Source: Bdellovibrionales bacterium
GTDB lineage: Bacteria > Bdellovibrionota > Bdellovibrionia > Bdellovibrionales > JAGQZY01
Assembly: GCA_031426555.1 (NCBI GenBank)
Contig: JANPLN010000002.1
Coordinates: forward strand, 74,712 to 138,711
Reading direction: 5' to 3'
Length of the DNA stretch: 64,000 nucleotides
The stretch's first letter is position 1. Every line of letters begins with the position of its first letter. The position numbers and the translations under genes were made by a program. The notes under the pieces are model-generated. The model ran no database searches and had not been told where the DNA came from. It worked only from the letters and a program-made list of their open reading frames with translations. Shown here piece after piece: positions 9,691-20,400 of this stretch.

Positions 9691-10410
9691 ATGAAACTCG
9701 AATGGTTTATCTATCACAAAAATACGGTTCTTGGCCCCTTTAGCACTCAAGATGTTAACACTCAGGTGCAGGCTGGGAAATTTGCAGAAACTTCCTTTAT
9801 TTGGTGGAAGGGTGAAAAAGATTGGATTGCTATTTCGAAGTGGCAAGTTGATTACCCCGAAATCGTCAAGCGCCTCGAATCACATTTTAACGTGGAATGG
9901 AAAATCAAGGTCAACGAACAGGTCACACCCTACATGTCGTTTGATAAGTGCTTAGACTATTTAAAACAAATCGAGCTTTCCAATGCCATCACCATCTGCA
10001 AACGCGGCGAAGGTGACGCGTGGGACAGCATCTATAATAACTCTGTCTTTTTAAATGCACTAGAACTTACTCGCCGTAAATTTCCACGAGTACCCATCGT
10101 GGCTACTGCGAAGGTTACAAAATCTGACTCGAAATTTAGTTACTTAGTTAAAGTAAATATCATCGGCCAGGGTGGAATTGGAATTACCGGTCTAGGTAAA
10201 AACTTTCCAATTGGTACCGAGGTGGACGTTCGCATTGAAAGTCCGAGTATGACAGTGCCCATTCATGCCGAAGGTCGAATCGTTTACCACTCACGAGATG
10301 GTATTACGGGTCTGGAGTTTGCGGCCATGAATGCGGAGGCTGAAAGCTTGATCATCGAGTATGTGAATCGCTTCGCCACTCCAGGATCGTCGGACAGCGC
10401 AGCTGCTTAA
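9691..10410 (+). CDS. GYF_2 (DUF4339) + PilZ domain protein
   Basis: WFIYHKNTVLGPFS...IWWKGEKDW, then RRKFPRVP and NIIGQGG PilZ-like motifs. Confidence 0.75.
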   Translation: MKLEWFIYHKNTVLGPFSTQDVNTQVQAGKFAETSFIWWKGEKDWIAISKWQVDYPEIVKRLESHFNVEWKIKVNEQVTPYMSFDKCLDYLKQIELSNAITICKRGEGDAWDSIYNNSVFLNALELTRRKFPRVPIVATAKVTKSDSKFSYLVKVNIIGQGGIGITGLGKNFPIGTEVDVRIESPSMTVPIHAEGRIVYHSRDGITGLEFAAMNAEAESLIIEYVNRFATPGSSDSAAA

Positions 10411-10423
10411 GTCCTACCGACTA

Positions 10424-10568
10424 TTTGGGACTTAAAGCGTTATTTTTTCTCGAATTCTTTTTCTAATATCACTGAAAAGCCTCGGACAGTCCTCGCTTCG
10501 CTGCGGAACTCGTTTTTAAGTAATATTAGAAAAAGAATTCGAGAAAAAATAACGCTTTAAGACCCAAA
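10424..10568. repeat. Long palindromic element, copy 1 (50-bp arms, 2 mismatches, 45-nt loop)
   Basis: 10424-10473 vs 10519-10568; loop shared with 31108-31260; followed by GTGTGTCCGTAC. Confidence 0.92.
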
Positions 10569-10587
10569 AAGTGTGTCCGTACTTTAT

Positions 10588-10610
10588 TAGAAACGCCGAA
10601 GGCGCTTCTA
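10588..10610. terminator. Short hairpin, possible terminator of the agl operon
   Basis: TAGAAACGCC-GAA-GGCGCTTCTA about 10 nt downstream of the aglS stop. Confidence 0.4.
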
Positions 10611-10620
10611 TGATTGGAAA

Positions 10621-11220
10621 CTACTCGACGAGTTTTGGTTTTTCTTTTTGTGAGACGGCGAAGTTGATGATTGTGGCGCCGGCTTCGGTGGCTGTGTAGA
10701 GAACTTTTTTGATTGTTAAGAAATCGATCTCTTTGTCGGCCTGAACAGTAACGCGGCCCCAGTCTTTGCGCTTTTCGCTCTCTTCTTCAGCGATCTCTTC
10801 AGGGGTCATCTTTTTACCCTGGCTGATAGTGCTCTTTAGCTGCTCTTTCAGAGTCGACTCTTGTCTTTCTTTGCTCTCTTTGATTCTTAGAGCAAGGCCC
10901 TCTTTGAGAGCTGGAATCATCCAGTCTTGCTGTTCTTTTACAGTTCTAAAATCGGCTATGGCGGTTTCGTCCACGTAAATTTTATCCTGAGTAACAACAA
11001 CCACGTGCGAGGGCTTTAGCTTTTTAATTGCCGAAGCCTCTGGCAGCGGAACGTTTTGCTTGAGCTTAATGGCGTCCACTTTAAAATTCTGTAAAAGAAA
11101 AATAGTGAGAACCGTAAACATATCCACCATCGCCGTGAGCGATAGCATAACCACGGTGTTTCTCTTTCCACCCGTGATCTGATTGCGACGATTTCTTTTA
11201 CCTGGAGTATAAATAGCCAT
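10621..11220 (-). CDS. aglS: ExbD/TolR family gliding motor subunit, AglS-like
   Basis: LTAMVDMFTVLTIFLL TM with Asp, QADKEIDFLTIKKVLYT; third gene of the aglRQS triad. Confidence 0.8.
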   Translation of the reverse strand: MAIYTPGKRNRRNQITGGKRNTVVMLSLTAMVDMFTVLTIFLLQNFKVDAIKLKQNVPLPEASAIKKLKPSHVVVVTQDKIYVDETAIADFRTVKEQQDWMIPALKEGLALRIKESKERQESTLKEQLKSTISQGKKMTPEEIAEEESEKRKDWGRVTVQADKEIDFLTIKKVLYTATEAGATIINFAVSQKEKPKLVE

Positions 11221-11690
11221 TACTTTGCTCCTCCTGTGGCCACGGAGATCGCTGGAAAGCCTGCTTGCAGCAGGGCATCCATTCCTTGAATCAGAAAGTC
11301 ATACTTCAAGTGCTCGTCCACCGTAACAACAGCATCCACTTTTTCGGGATACACTTGTTTGATTTGCATCAATTGCATAACAAGGGTTTCGATATCGTAA
11401 TCGGCACCCTTTTTTGGCACGTCAATTCGCTTTGTTCCTATCACAATAATATGCCCTGCATCTTTTACATCAACACGGAGTGGAACCTCAGACTTTGGAG
11501 GAGGTTTATCGACTTCATCCGTGTTCTGTTTACTGTACAAGGAGCTTCCAAGTTTAATCATGGAAACCTGTGTCCAAACGGCAGTGATCAACAGAAACGT
11601 GATCAACACGCTCATCAAATCGATGAAGGGAACAAGGTTCACTTCAAAGTTTGAATTTCTTTTACCACCGCTCTGTTCAATTTGTGCCAT
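11220..11690 (-). CDS. aglQ: ExbD/TolR family gliding motor subunit, AglQ-like
   Basis: NLVPFIDLMSVLITFLLITAVW; follows aglR. Confidence 0.8.
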   Translation of the reverse strand: MAQIEQSGGKRNSNFEVNLVPFIDLMSVLITFLLITAVWTQVSMIKLGSSLYSKQNTDEVDKPPPKSEVPLRVDVKDAGHIIVIGTKRIDVPKKGADYDIETLVMQLMQIKQVYPEKVDAVVTVDEHLKYDFLIQGMDALLQAGFPAISVATGGAK

Positions 11691-11708
11691 AGAACTTCCT
11701 CAAAAAAA

Positions 11709-12386
11709 TTATTTAATTTTATCGCGATTCGAAGACACTAGGTTCAAAAGGCTCATGCTACTCTCAACCATGTCGTTGATTAAATGACCAACTTTAAATT
11801 GAAAGTAACCGTAAGTAAGAATCGCAATGATCGCAACTATAAGACCGAAGGCCGTACAGTTAAGAGCTTCTGCAATACCTTTTGATAACAGTTCTGCTTT
11901 TTTCGCGTCATCAGCTTTAGTTACCGCCGCAAACGATGCGATCATCCCTGCGATTGTTCCTGTAAGACCCAAAAGAGTTGCAAGGTTTCCGAAGACAGCA
12001 AGGAAGCTGACCCAACCTTCGATTTTTGGTGTTTCACGAAGCACAGATGCATCCATTGCCACTTGAACTTCTTCATCCGGGCGCTTGTTCAGAACCTGAA
12101 CCAATCCCGCTTTGAGAGTGTTTGTGAGCGGTGATGGACGGCTGTCGCAATACGAAATTGCCTGCTGAACATCGCCTCTTAAGATCATGCCGAAGATATG
12201 TTCGTTAAAATCAGACTTGTCTACACCCGACTCTTTGAGAATCATCAATTGCTTGATAATCACAATCAGTGTGAGTATTAAAAGTCCCAAAATCACAAAC
12301 ATGACCGGGCCACCAACTTCGAAAGCATGCAAGATGAAATTTTGTGATTCCTCTTGCGCTGCCGCTTGCATTACGTTCTCTTCCAC
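11709..12386 (-). CDS. aglR: MotA/TolQ/ExbB proton channel AglR
   Basis: GNLATLLGLTGTIAGMI, GIAEALNCTAFGL; GTG start after GGAGGAGG. Confidence 0.88.
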   Translation of the reverse strand: MEENVMQAAAQEESQNFILHAFEVGGPVMFVILGLLILTLIVIIKQLMILKESGVDKSDFNEHIFGMILRGDVQQAISYCDSRPSPLTNTLKAGLVQVLNKRPDEEVQVAMDASVLRETPKIEGWVSFLAVFGNLATLLGLTGTIAGMIASFAAVTKADDAKKAELLSKGIAEALNCTAFGLIVAIIAILTYGYFQFKVGHLINDMVESSMSLLNLVSSNRDKIK

Positions 12387-12425
12387 TTTTTCCTCCTCCA
12401 ATAGAGTTTAATTTTTTAAATCCAA

Positions 12426-14510
12426 TTACTTTCCAGAAAACGCCAAGGGATAAAACACTTGGACCGTTTGGTTTTGCGGAGGCTCTGGGAACCTCCAGGT
12501 TTTCATACGATTCACAATACAATTTGAGAGACGATCGTTGTTGAGTGTTGATTTGTCACCACTCACGCTCGCTCGCAAAACTCGTCCTTGTTCACCAATA
12601 TCAAAATCTAAAACCACTTTACCGCTCAACCCGCGATCTGTACTGAGGGCCGACTCATAACATGACTGCAAGGTTCTTTGGTTATTGAGGAACACTTGGC
12701 GAATTCCATTGCGATCGATATTACCGCCGTAAGACTCACCGTCGCCGCCTGGTAAAATTGTGACTGAGCCTTTGCCGCCAAGACCAACTCCACCAAAGCC
12801 ACCGGAGCCCATGCCAAGACCTTTTCCGCTGGAAACGCCCTGAACACCAATGTTGGATTTTCCATTTCCGCCGCCGGTTTCTTTAAACTTGCTGCCGAGC
12901 CCTTCGCCCGCGCGATCTTCACCAAATCCACTTTGTCCTGTGGCGCTGTCGGCAAGACCTGCAAGTTCACCTTTACCGGAATATGTATTGGAAATTTTAT
13001 TCTGTTTTCCGCCGCCACCGAACACGCTAAAGATTCCTGATTTACTAGGATCCTTCGTTACGCTTTCCGCTTGCGCTCCGTCTTTGGGTGCGGTTTTAAC
13101 CGATCCACCTTGCTGAACAGATCCAACCTGATTGCTCTTTGGCTTGTTTGGATTTGGCTTCATCGACTGAGCCGCTTGACCATTTCCGCCACCAGCTTTT
13201 GACGCCTGTTTCACCGGTTCGCGTTTTTCTACGACCTTCGGAGCGTCAGCTACTTTTTCAGTCGGCTTATCTTTCTGTTGAACCTTTTTTGGTGGCTCTT
13301 CGATTTTCTTTTCTTCCATCTTAAGTTCTTCCATCTTAGCAGGAACAACTGTGTTCTTCGGCGGAGGTGGAGGATTTTCTATAATGAGAGCGGTACGGTA
13401 TTCATCTTCGTCTTCGATCTTTTTATCGGCTTTGTTCAAAGCGACATACAAAGATACTACGACGGAAAGAATAATTGCGAGCAAGGTTGCTAAGAAGCCA
13501 TTGCTTGCGAAGTCAATCATCGGGATAAAGACCGGCTTCGGAGTTTCTGAACAGTAACGAACAACGAGTTCTAAATCACCACCTAAACTGATTCGCACCA
13601 GTTCGCCTTGGGCGAGAGCTAATTTAGACCCACCGTTAGCAGCTTGCAAACGACCTTGATTGTACAACTGGCTCAGCGGAACACTGTTGTTATCGACGAC
13701 AAAGGTTCCGGCCATTCCCGCAGGAATGAACACATTCACCTGACTATCAATTTGCAATAAGGGAGCTTTGCTCACCTTTGAAGTGAGCGATGGAACAACC
13801 ACTTCACAGGCAGGATGCGTGCCGTAGTGGATTGTTCCTTTATTGTGAAAGTGATACGAATTAATAACTCGCTCTTTCCACGCAACTAGCACCTCGATGG
13901 TGCTCCCTTTAGTGGGTCGAATAAATTCAGAAAGATTTTTGTAGGAGCTTTCCGGGGAAAAGGTTTTTTGTCCGCGAACTTTTTTGCGCATCGGTGTTCC
14001 CGATCCCACCATGCTACCGCCAACGGCGGCCATTGACACAACGGCTGTTGGAGATGGAGCAGGTTTAACAATCGGAGCCGGAGTGATTGTAGGTTTTGTT
14101 GGAGCTGCAGCAACTGGTTGAATTGGAGCCGCGGCCACCGGCTGAACAGGAGCGGAAGTCACAACAGGTTGTACCGTTGCTGGCGTTGCAGCCACAGGTT
14201 GCGAAGAGGGGGCGCCGATATAGAATTCTACGATGTATTCACCGATGGCAATTTTGTCACCGTGCTCTAAGCCCGACTCTAAAATTTTGCTACCCTTAAG
14301 ATAAGTACCTTGTGAAGAGCCCAGGTCGGAGATGATGTACTTATCTCCGCGTTTCTCGATGGAAGCATGGAAGGGAGATACCGCGCCTTGCAGAACAATT
14401 TGCGTGTCGGTGGTTGAAGATCCAAGCACAATCGATTGTTCCGATGTAAATTGCTTTACATCAACAACTCCACCATTGCGAAAAACTTTCAGTACGATCG
14501 GCTTACTCAC
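12426..14510 (-). CDS. gltG: GltG-like gliding protein (FHA, Pro-rich linker, TM, Gly-rich region, AgmX/PglI TonB-like C-terminus)
   Basis: FHA (SPFHASI...ISDLGSSQGT), C-terminus LQSCYESAL...GKVVLDFDI...WRFPEP...YPLAF. Confidence 0.85.
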   Translation of the reverse strand: MSKPIVLKVFRNGGVVDVKQFTSEQSIVLGSSTTDTQIVLQGAVSPFHASIEKRGDKYIISDLGSSQGTYLKGSKILESGLEHGDKIAIGEYIVEFYIGAPSSQPVAATPATVQPVVTSAPVQPVAAAPIQPVAAAPTKPTITPAPIVKPAPSPTAVVSMAAVGGSMVGSGTPMRKKVRGQKTFSPESSYKNLSEFIRPTKGSTIEVLVAWKERVINSYHFHNKGTIHYGTHPACEVVVPSLTSKVSKAPLLQIDSQVNVFIPAGMAGTFVVDNNSVPLSQLYNQGRLQAANGGSKLALAQGELVRISLGGDLELVVRYCSETPKPVFIPMIDFASNGFLATLLAIILSVVVSLYVALNKADKKIEDEDEYRTALIIENPPPPPKNTVVPAKMEELKMEEKKIEEPPKKVQQKDKPTEKVADAPKVVEKREPVKQASKAGGGNGQAAQSMKPNPNKPKSNQVGSVQQGGSVKTAPKDGAQAESVTKDPSKSGIFSVFGGGGKQNKISNTYSGKGELAGLADSATGQSGFGEDRAGEGLGSKFKETGGGNGKSNIGVQGVSSGKGLGMGSGGFGGVGLGGKGSVTILPGGDGESYGGNIDRNGIRQVFLNNQRTLQSCYESALSTDRGLSGKVVLDFDIGEQGRVLRASVSGDKSTLNNDRLSNCIVNRMKTWRFPEPPQNQTVQVFYPLAFSGK

Positions 14511-14794
14511 GGCTTTTTCTCCTTCATTCTTCTCACTGGAGTCATCTCATCAGCTGATTGTCTGAGTTCTGGCAAAAAATTCTCTCGGAGACGAATCAAT
14601 TTTTTATAATTAAATTTTTTCTTTTGTAAAAGATAAAGGAGATCGGGCTTCTGAGCCTGTCCCTCGATCAACTGATCTTCAAAGTTGACTGTTGTCTTTT
14701 TGGATTTGGGCGCAGGGGCCTGAGACCAAGAGTTAAATGGCAAGGCCAACATAAATAAAAACATGACTATTTGTAAATACTTGTTGCTCATCAT
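14507..14794 (-). CDS. gltF: GltF/CglF-like small secreted gliding protein
   Basis: Signal peptide; VNFEDQLIEGQAQKPD...LIRLRENFLPEL; position between gltE and gltG. Confidence 0.8.
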   Translation of the reverse strand: MMSNKYLQIVMFLFMLALPFNSWSQAPAPKSKKTTVNFEDQLIEGQAQKPDLLYLLQKKKFNYKKLIRLRENFLPELRQSADEMTPVRRMKEKKP

Positions 14795-15627
14795 TTTCGT
14801 GCTGCCTGTAATTTGGTGTTAAGCTCAGTGATTTTCGAGCGAACATACGGTTCGTTACTCTCCAAAAACTCCAGCTTGTTTAATAGTCTCTCACCTTCAT
14901 CATATTTTTTCATATATTCGATAAGGAGAATAGCATAATTTAATACAGTCGGAACATTCCTTGGATCCTTATCGAGAACTTTTTTGTATAATTTTGCCGA
15001 TTCATCAAACTGCCCTTGAGATCGCTTCAGAATTGCCAGATTATTTGTTACACTCAAGCTTTCGGGCATAAAACTGTAAGCGCCCTCAACCAGGGGTCCC
15101 GCTTTACCATAGTCTAGGTATTTAATATAAATGCTGCTCAAGTTATTCAGCACATTGGAGTTTCTAGCATCGATGCCATAAGCCGTTTTAAAATTAAGAT
15201 ACGCGGACTCCAAACTATCTTCACGCAAATCAATCACGCCTAAATTATTATAGAGACCGGCAACATTTTTGTTTTTCTCTAAGGCTCTCTCGATGAGTAA
15301 TCGAGCTGCTCCCCACTCACCTTTTTGAATATGATGTAGAGCCAAAGCATTTAAAGCTTGCGGGTCGTTGGGATTTTGCGACAAAATCTGACCAGCGACC
15401 GCAAAAAGTTCTTTTTGATTCTTCGCTTGAAAGGCTTTTGAAAGTTCGGTCAGAGCTTTTGGAGACGTCTTTATCTCCATAGATGCATCCGCTGGTTTCG
15501 CGGCCGCCTTTTTATCACCCTCTTGACCCAGCTCTACTGTGCCTGACTCCGACTCAGAACCATCTGGTGTCGACGAACAGTTGTTGAGGGTCACTAACAA
15601 TGTGATCAAAAATATTTTTTTCATCAT
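14791..15627 (-). CDS. gltE: GltE/AglT-like TPR lipoprotein
   Basis: Lipobox-like LNN-C, TPR repeats (YNNLGVI, NNLAIL). Confidence 0.78.
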   Translation of the reverse strand: MMKKIFLITLLVTLNNCSSTPDGSESESGTVELGQEGDKKAAAKPADASMEIKTSPKALTELSKAFQAKNQKELFAVAGQILSQNPNDPQALNALALHHIQKGEWGAARLLIERALEKNKNVAGLYNNLGVIDLREDSLESAYLNFKTAYGIDARNSNVLNNLSSIYIKYLDYGKAGPLVEGAYSFMPESLSVTNNLAILKRSQGQFDESAKLYKKVLDKDPRNVPTVLNYAILLIEYMKKYDEGERLLNKLEFLESNEPYVRSKITELNTKLQAARK

Positions 15628-18600
15628 AAGTTCACCTTATCCAAAAGATTTCCGACGTTGGTGATTTCTCCTGCGCTCTTAGATTCCTCAGGAGCCAAAC
15701 GGTGGAACGCTCTCGCAGATTGCAACAGTGGCTCTCCATAAGCTTCTAAACTTAAGCCTTTTTCGAATGCTGTTTTGTAAGCTGCCTTGGCCTTCTGTAA
15801 AAACTCAGCCGCCTGTTGTGTTGCTAAATCTTTAAATTGTTTTGCTTGATCCCCTTTGGCGTATTCGCGTGGAACCGGGCTTGTTCCAAACGCTCGACTG
15901 ATGATTTCGTGGGACTCTGCCTCTGCAGCGAGTGCGCCCACAATTGCCGGACCATAATCGTACTTGATGACTTCAGCCAAATTGTTTTGCAATGTCTTTT
16001 GTAAGTTTTTAAGCCGCTGTAAACCATCGACAATCGTTTTTTCCGAAGCGCCAAGACGCACATCTCGCATCTCCTGAATATACTTCCGAGCTAACCATAA
16101 CTTTGCCAGCGAAGCCTGTTTGGCTCCCACTTTACCACCGCGCTCTTTGTTAAACGCGATGACTCGGTCAAACCATTGCTTGGCTTGGGTGTTTTGGCCT
16201 TTTTTCGCATAAGTATCACCGATATAAAACATAGCTTTTAAACTTTTTACGGGTTCTCTCCAGCCACCTTTTAAGAACTGATCGTAGTTGTAAATCGCTT
16301 TTCCGGTGTCTTTCTGCAAAGCATAGAGTGAGGCTTTGTCGTAAAAGCGCTCAATCTTTTCTTTTTCGGTGGAAGTTTTATCCAAAATATTATAGTTCGC
16401 GGTGGCCTGATTTGTGCGACCTAAAGCCGCCCACAAGATTGCCGCATTGATGGTTGCGTTCTTGGATTTAATTCCCGTCGCGCCTTTGGCATACTGATCG
16501 TAATAAGTGGCCGCTTTTTCTAAGTGCCCCATCTTTTTGCTCATCTCAGCAAGACTGATTCTCACATCCTGCTTAAGACCGTCGTTCTCTTTACTTTTTG
16601 TTGGATTGGCCAGCACGCGCTCGTACATGCGCAAAGCATCGTTAAAATTTCCAGCCTTTTCAAAGTTGACACCCGAGTTAAACACCGCCGAAAAGGCCTG
16701 TGCAGAGCTGGCGTGCTCCACCGAGAAGTCTTCAAAGGCTTTCGCTGCTTCAGCGTGTTTGCCCGCTTTGGATAAGCCATCGGCACGGAGAAAACTCACC
16801 TTGTTCAGATTGATTTTAATTTCCTTACCCGTTTCGGATTTTGCAATCGTCGGGTTCTTCAAGAGCTCAGTGGCTTCTTTTTGGTAAGCCTCGATATCTT
16901 TACGGTTGTTGTGGATATCTAGGATGTATTCAGCAGCTAGAGGAGCATCTTTCGAACTTGGATTGTCCTTGATGATACCACGAAAGATTCCCAAAGCCGG
17001 TTCGTAATCGTTGTGTGCATAGTAAATCGAACCCAAACGTTTACGAATTTCGGCGGCTTTGTCGCCTTTTGGAAAATTTTGCAGATATAATAAAGACGCT
17101 TTTTCGAATTTTTTTACAGCAGGATCGTAGGCAATCTTGGTGGTTTTGTCTTTAACTGTCGCTTTTTGCTGTTCCATTTTCGCGTCTGAAGGCAGCAACT
17201 TTTCCATGGATAGGACATTGTTGATAACAGCTTTTTCGAAGTACGGACTCTTTTTATCATTTTCAGCAATCCATAAGTACTGTTGGGCTGCTTTGTCGTA
17301 ATCACGCATATCAAAGTAAAGCTCTGCTAAGAAAAAGCGCATTTCCGAATGTTTAGCGGAGTCTTTAAAGTAATAGAGATACATTTTGTAGGATTCGGCA
17401 GCCGTCTGCCGCGTGTAATCCGTCTTTACATTGACAGCCGTTTGGTGAAGGCGAAGGGTGTGGTTGCGCAGCGTAGTTTCTTGAAGATTGTAGGTTTCCT
17501 TGATGACATCAGGCTTTGCGGCATTGGCTTGGGCCCAATCGCTGTCTTTTGCATATTTCTCAACCCATACGCTCAACTCACCCTTAAACAGCTTCAGGTT
17601 GTTCACGTTGAGGTAATCTTGAACAATTTGGTATTGATATTTAGACGCTTTTTCAGCCCGTGGATTATTGGCGATCAATTTTTTGAATAAATAGGCCGAA
17701 GCAGTGACGTTTCCTGAGTAGCTGTAACGATAGGCCAAAGCGTCTAACAGCTCGAGAGTCTTCTTTTCGCTGTCTGTCGCTTTAAAGAAGTCTCTCTGCG
17801 CTTCTTGGTATTTTCCGGTTTGTGCGTAAAACGCGACGTAATCTTTAATTGCTTCTTCGCGCAAACGAAGGGCATTCACTTCTTTTATGCCCTCTTCCGC
17901 TTCTCCACGACTGTCTTCCTGGCGAATGACACGCTCAAGCGTATCTACCGCTAATTCGTATTTGCCCATTCGGAAGTGACACCACGCTGTTTTATACTGC
18001 GAAAACCCACGGAGACGTGCTGTCTTTTTATTAACGAGTCTTCCGTAGTGTTCGAGAGCTTCGCTCCACTTTTCTTTTTCGAAATAAAATTCACCGAGAG
18101 CAAAGTGCGATTCGTCGACGTAGGCACTTCCAGGATAACGCTCTGTCAGCTCCTTGTAGTAGGATTCACCTTTTTTTAGGTTTTCGACTTCGAAATTGCT
18201 ATAACCTAAAAAATAGAGAGCCTGAGGAATTTTTTTATCTTTCGGAAAATCACGAGCAAACCATTCGTAGGCCTGAATAGCGCGCAGGTAATAACCTTTT
18301 CCGGGGTTTTTTGGCATCACCGGCTTATTGGAGATTTTTTTCTCTTCCCAAAGTTTGATCTTTTTATCGTAATCATCCTGAGCTTTAAACTCGATGATTT
18401 TACCTTTTTCCACATATCTTTCAGCAAGACGCAGCCAAATCTCTCCGCGGCTTTTGCTGGTTTTGTATTTTTTCGATAAACTGTATAAACGATCGATTTC
18501 CTGATCGATCAACTTATTGTATTCGGCTTTCAGCGCGTTCTCATCAGTAAAAAAGCGACTTGAGCGCGGCGGTTTAATCACAGTGACATCTCTTGGGACC

Positions 18601-18770
18601 ACTTTCTCATTGGCCAGGGCTTTCGATTGCGGCAACTGCTCACTCATTTTTTTAAGCGTCATTTCGGCTAATTTTTTGCGCTCAGAACGGGTCTTTTCGA
18701 CCTGTGCATTTGCAGTCGACATCGCAAACAAAAATGTAAACACAAGTTGTGCTTTAAAAAATTTATTCAC
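15624..18770 (-). CDS. gltD: GltD/AgmU-like large TPR protein
   Basis: About 1050 aa of TPR repeats. Start re-assigned to GTG 18770, which gives a signal peptide and overlaps the gltC stop. Confidence 0.82.
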   Translation of the reverse strand: MNKFFKAQLVFTFLFAMSTANAQVEKTRSERKKLAEMTLKKMSEQLPQSKALANEKVVPRDVTVIKPPRSSRFFTDENALKAEYNKLIDQEIDRLYSLSKKYKTSKSRGEIWLRLAERYVEKGKIIEFKAQDDYDKKIKLWEEKKISNKPVMPKNPGKGYYLRAIQAYEWFARDFPKDKKIPQALYFLGYSNFEVENLKKGESYYKELTERYPGSAYVDESHFALGEFYFEKEKWSEALEHYGRLVNKKTARLRGFSQYKTAWCHFRMGKYELAVDTLERVIRQEDSRGEAEEGIKEVNALRLREEAIKDYVAFYAQTGKYQEAQRDFFKATDSEKKTLELLDALAYRYSYSGNVTASAYLFKKLIANNPRAEKASKYQYQIVQDYLNVNNLKLFKGELSVWVEKYAKDSDWAQANAAKPDVIKETYNLQETTLRNHTLRLHQTAVNVKTDYTRQTAAESYKMYLYYFKDSAKHSEMRFFLAELYFDMRDYDKAAQQYLWIAENDKKSPYFEKAVINNVLSMEKLLPSDAKMEQQKATVKDKTTKIAYDPAVKKFEKASLLYLQNFPKGDKAAEIRKRLGSIYYAHNDYEPALGIFRGIIKDNPSSKDAPLAAEYILDIHNNRKDIEAYQKEATELLKNPTIAKSETGKEIKINLNKVSFLRADGLSKAGKHAEAAKAFEDFSVEHASSAQAFSAVFNSGVNFEKAGNFNDALRMYERVLANPTKSKENDGLKQDVRISLAEMSKKMGHLEKAATYYDQYAKGATGIKSKNATINAAILWAALGRTNQATANYNILDKTSTEKEKIERFYDKASLYALQKDTGKAIYNYDQFLKGGWREPVKSLKAMFYIGDTYAKKGQNTQAKQWFDRVIAFNKERGGKVGAKQASLAKLWLARKYIQEMRDVRLGASEKTIVDGLQRLKNLQKTLQNNLAEVIKYDYGPAIVGALAAEAESHEIISRAFGTSPVPREYAKGDQAKQFKDLATQQAAEFLQKAKAAYKTAFEKGLSLEAYGEPLLQSARAFHRLAPEESKSAGEITNVGNLLDKVNL

Positions 18771-20400
18771 AGGCCTGTACTCCCACATAATGATAGTTTC
18801 CGAGTTCGTCGAGCCAGTACTCACCTTCAAACGGCCAGTACTCATATCCGTTAGCGATAAAAAAGTTTCGAGACGCATCGTCCGTGATCTGTTTGCGCTG
18901 TATCTTTCGACCTGAAAGCTCCTTCGCAACAACTTCTTTTTTACCACCGAGCATTTCAAGCTTTAAAAAGTCGTTTTGCTCGAAAAAGTCGCGCAACTCT
19001 GATTTCATTTTTAACAAATGATTTCGCGTCAACTTGCCCACAAGATCCTGGGTGCTTGCACGGCGGCGCTCAATGATGCGTTTTCCAAATTTTCCTAACG
19101 CCGACTGCTGCCAAGCTGGACTCATTTTAGAGATCAACTGATTCTCTGCCATCAACATTTCGTAGTAGTGAACGTTACTACGAATCAGACTTTGCTTGAG
19201 AATCGACGACATAGTGATGTCGTTGAGTCGTTTAAAAGTTTTTTTATCTTTTTTATTCTTGCGCTCATCAATAGACTTTTTAACTTCGTCCCAATAAATA
19301 CGACTGTCTTCGGAACGATCCAACATCTGTGATGTGTTTGCTAAGACTGGCTTGTAGATGCGATCAAAGAGGTCCAGTACTTTTTCCATCTCGTCATAAC
19401 GGCATATATATAGATAAACAATGGCTCGCAACAATAAGGACTCGGGGGCGTACTGGCTCTCGTAATAGGGAGAATGAAGTGTATGAAAGTTGCTCGACGC
19501 CGATCTAAACTGACCCGCCATCATCATGGCCCAGCTCATTTCGAAAAGAGCATCATGCCACTGCAGGGTATCCCTTGGAATTTGTCGATAGTAGCTGAGC
19601 GACGTATCCCACTTTTTTCCTTGATAAAAAAGACGCGCCAAACCTAGATTTGCGTTCACGCGGTTCGTATCCGTGACCGGCTTTGATTGATTGCGGCTTA
19701 ACAGTTCTTCGAAAGCCGAGGTGGCTTTTCCTAACTGGTTGTTTTCAGCATACGACAAGCCTTGCTTGTAAAGTGCTTGCGGATAAACGGCGCTATCGGC
19801 TTCCACTTTGGAAAACGCTCTTGCCGCTTCTTCAAAGCTGCCTTCTTTTAATTTGAGCTCACCATATCTATAGAAGAACAAATCGCGGCTCTCGGCAGGG
19901 AACTGGTTGATCTGAATTCGTGAAACTGCGTACTTAAGGAGCACATCGGAATCCAGTATGTTGCTAAGGTAGGAAAGCTTTCCTAAACTTTGGCGCAGGT
20001 ATCGACCCTCTCCCCCGCGACGAATTTCCTCGTCGATCACATCATAAAAAACAAAAGAGGCCACTTGATAGAGCTTTAGTTCCATCAGCATTAAGCCCAA
20101 CATGTATTTTAACTGAGCCGCTTCACTGGCATTTTTGGGGCTCCGACTTAAAGAAAAAAGCATTTTTGAGGCTTCTTGGTACTGCCCCGTTGTTGCAAGT
20201 TCCTTAATGCGCGCAACAACGCCGCCGCCGCCTTTGGCTGCCTTGCTCGTGGTCGTTGCTGTTTTAGAAGTCTTTGGCTTGGTTGATTTCTTTTTCGATT
20301 TTTCGGCGGCAACAGAGCGCTCAGCTGGTTTTACCTCAGCCTCTGCACCGGTTAAGAAAAATACACTGATTAATAGTGGCAACAGTTTGCGCGTCATCAT
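18763..20400 (-). CDS. gltC: GltC-like TPR protein
   Basis: TPRs; C-terminus EYWPFEGEYWLDELGNYHY...C. Confidence 0.85.
   Translation of the reverse strand: MMTRKLLPLLISVFFLTGAEAEVKPAERSVAAEKSKKKSTKPKTSKTATTTSKAAKGGGGVVARIKELATTGQYQEASKMLFSLSRSPKNASEAAQLKYMLGLMLMELKLYQVASFVFYDVIDEEIRRGGEGRYLRQSLGKLSYLSNILDSDVLLKYAVSRIQINQFPAESRDLFFYRYGELKLKEGSFEEAARAFSKVEADSAVYPQALYKQGLSYAENNQLGKATSAFEELLSRNQSKPVTDTNRVNANLGLARLFYQGKKWDTSLSYYRQIPRDTLQWHDALFEMSWAMMMAGQFRSASSNFHTLHSPYYESQYAPESLLLRAIVYLYICRYDEMEKVLDLFDRIYKPVLANTSQMLDRSEDSRIYWDEVKKSIDERKNKKDKKTFKRLNDITMSSILKQSLIRSNVHYYEMLMAENQLISKMSPAWQQSALGKFGKRIIERRRASTQDLVGKLTRNHLLKMKSELRDFFEQNDFLKLEMLGGKKEVVAKELSGRKIQRKQITDDASRNFFIANGYEYWPFEGEYWLDELGNYHYVGVQACE

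Noticed and set aside
14060..14210. PVAAAP-type repeats in gltG
   Set aside because: Ordinary Pro/Ala-rich linker.
18771..18959. 63-aa N-terminal extension of gltD
   Set aside because: Overlaps the conserved gltC C-terminus; the signal peptide starts at GTG 18770.
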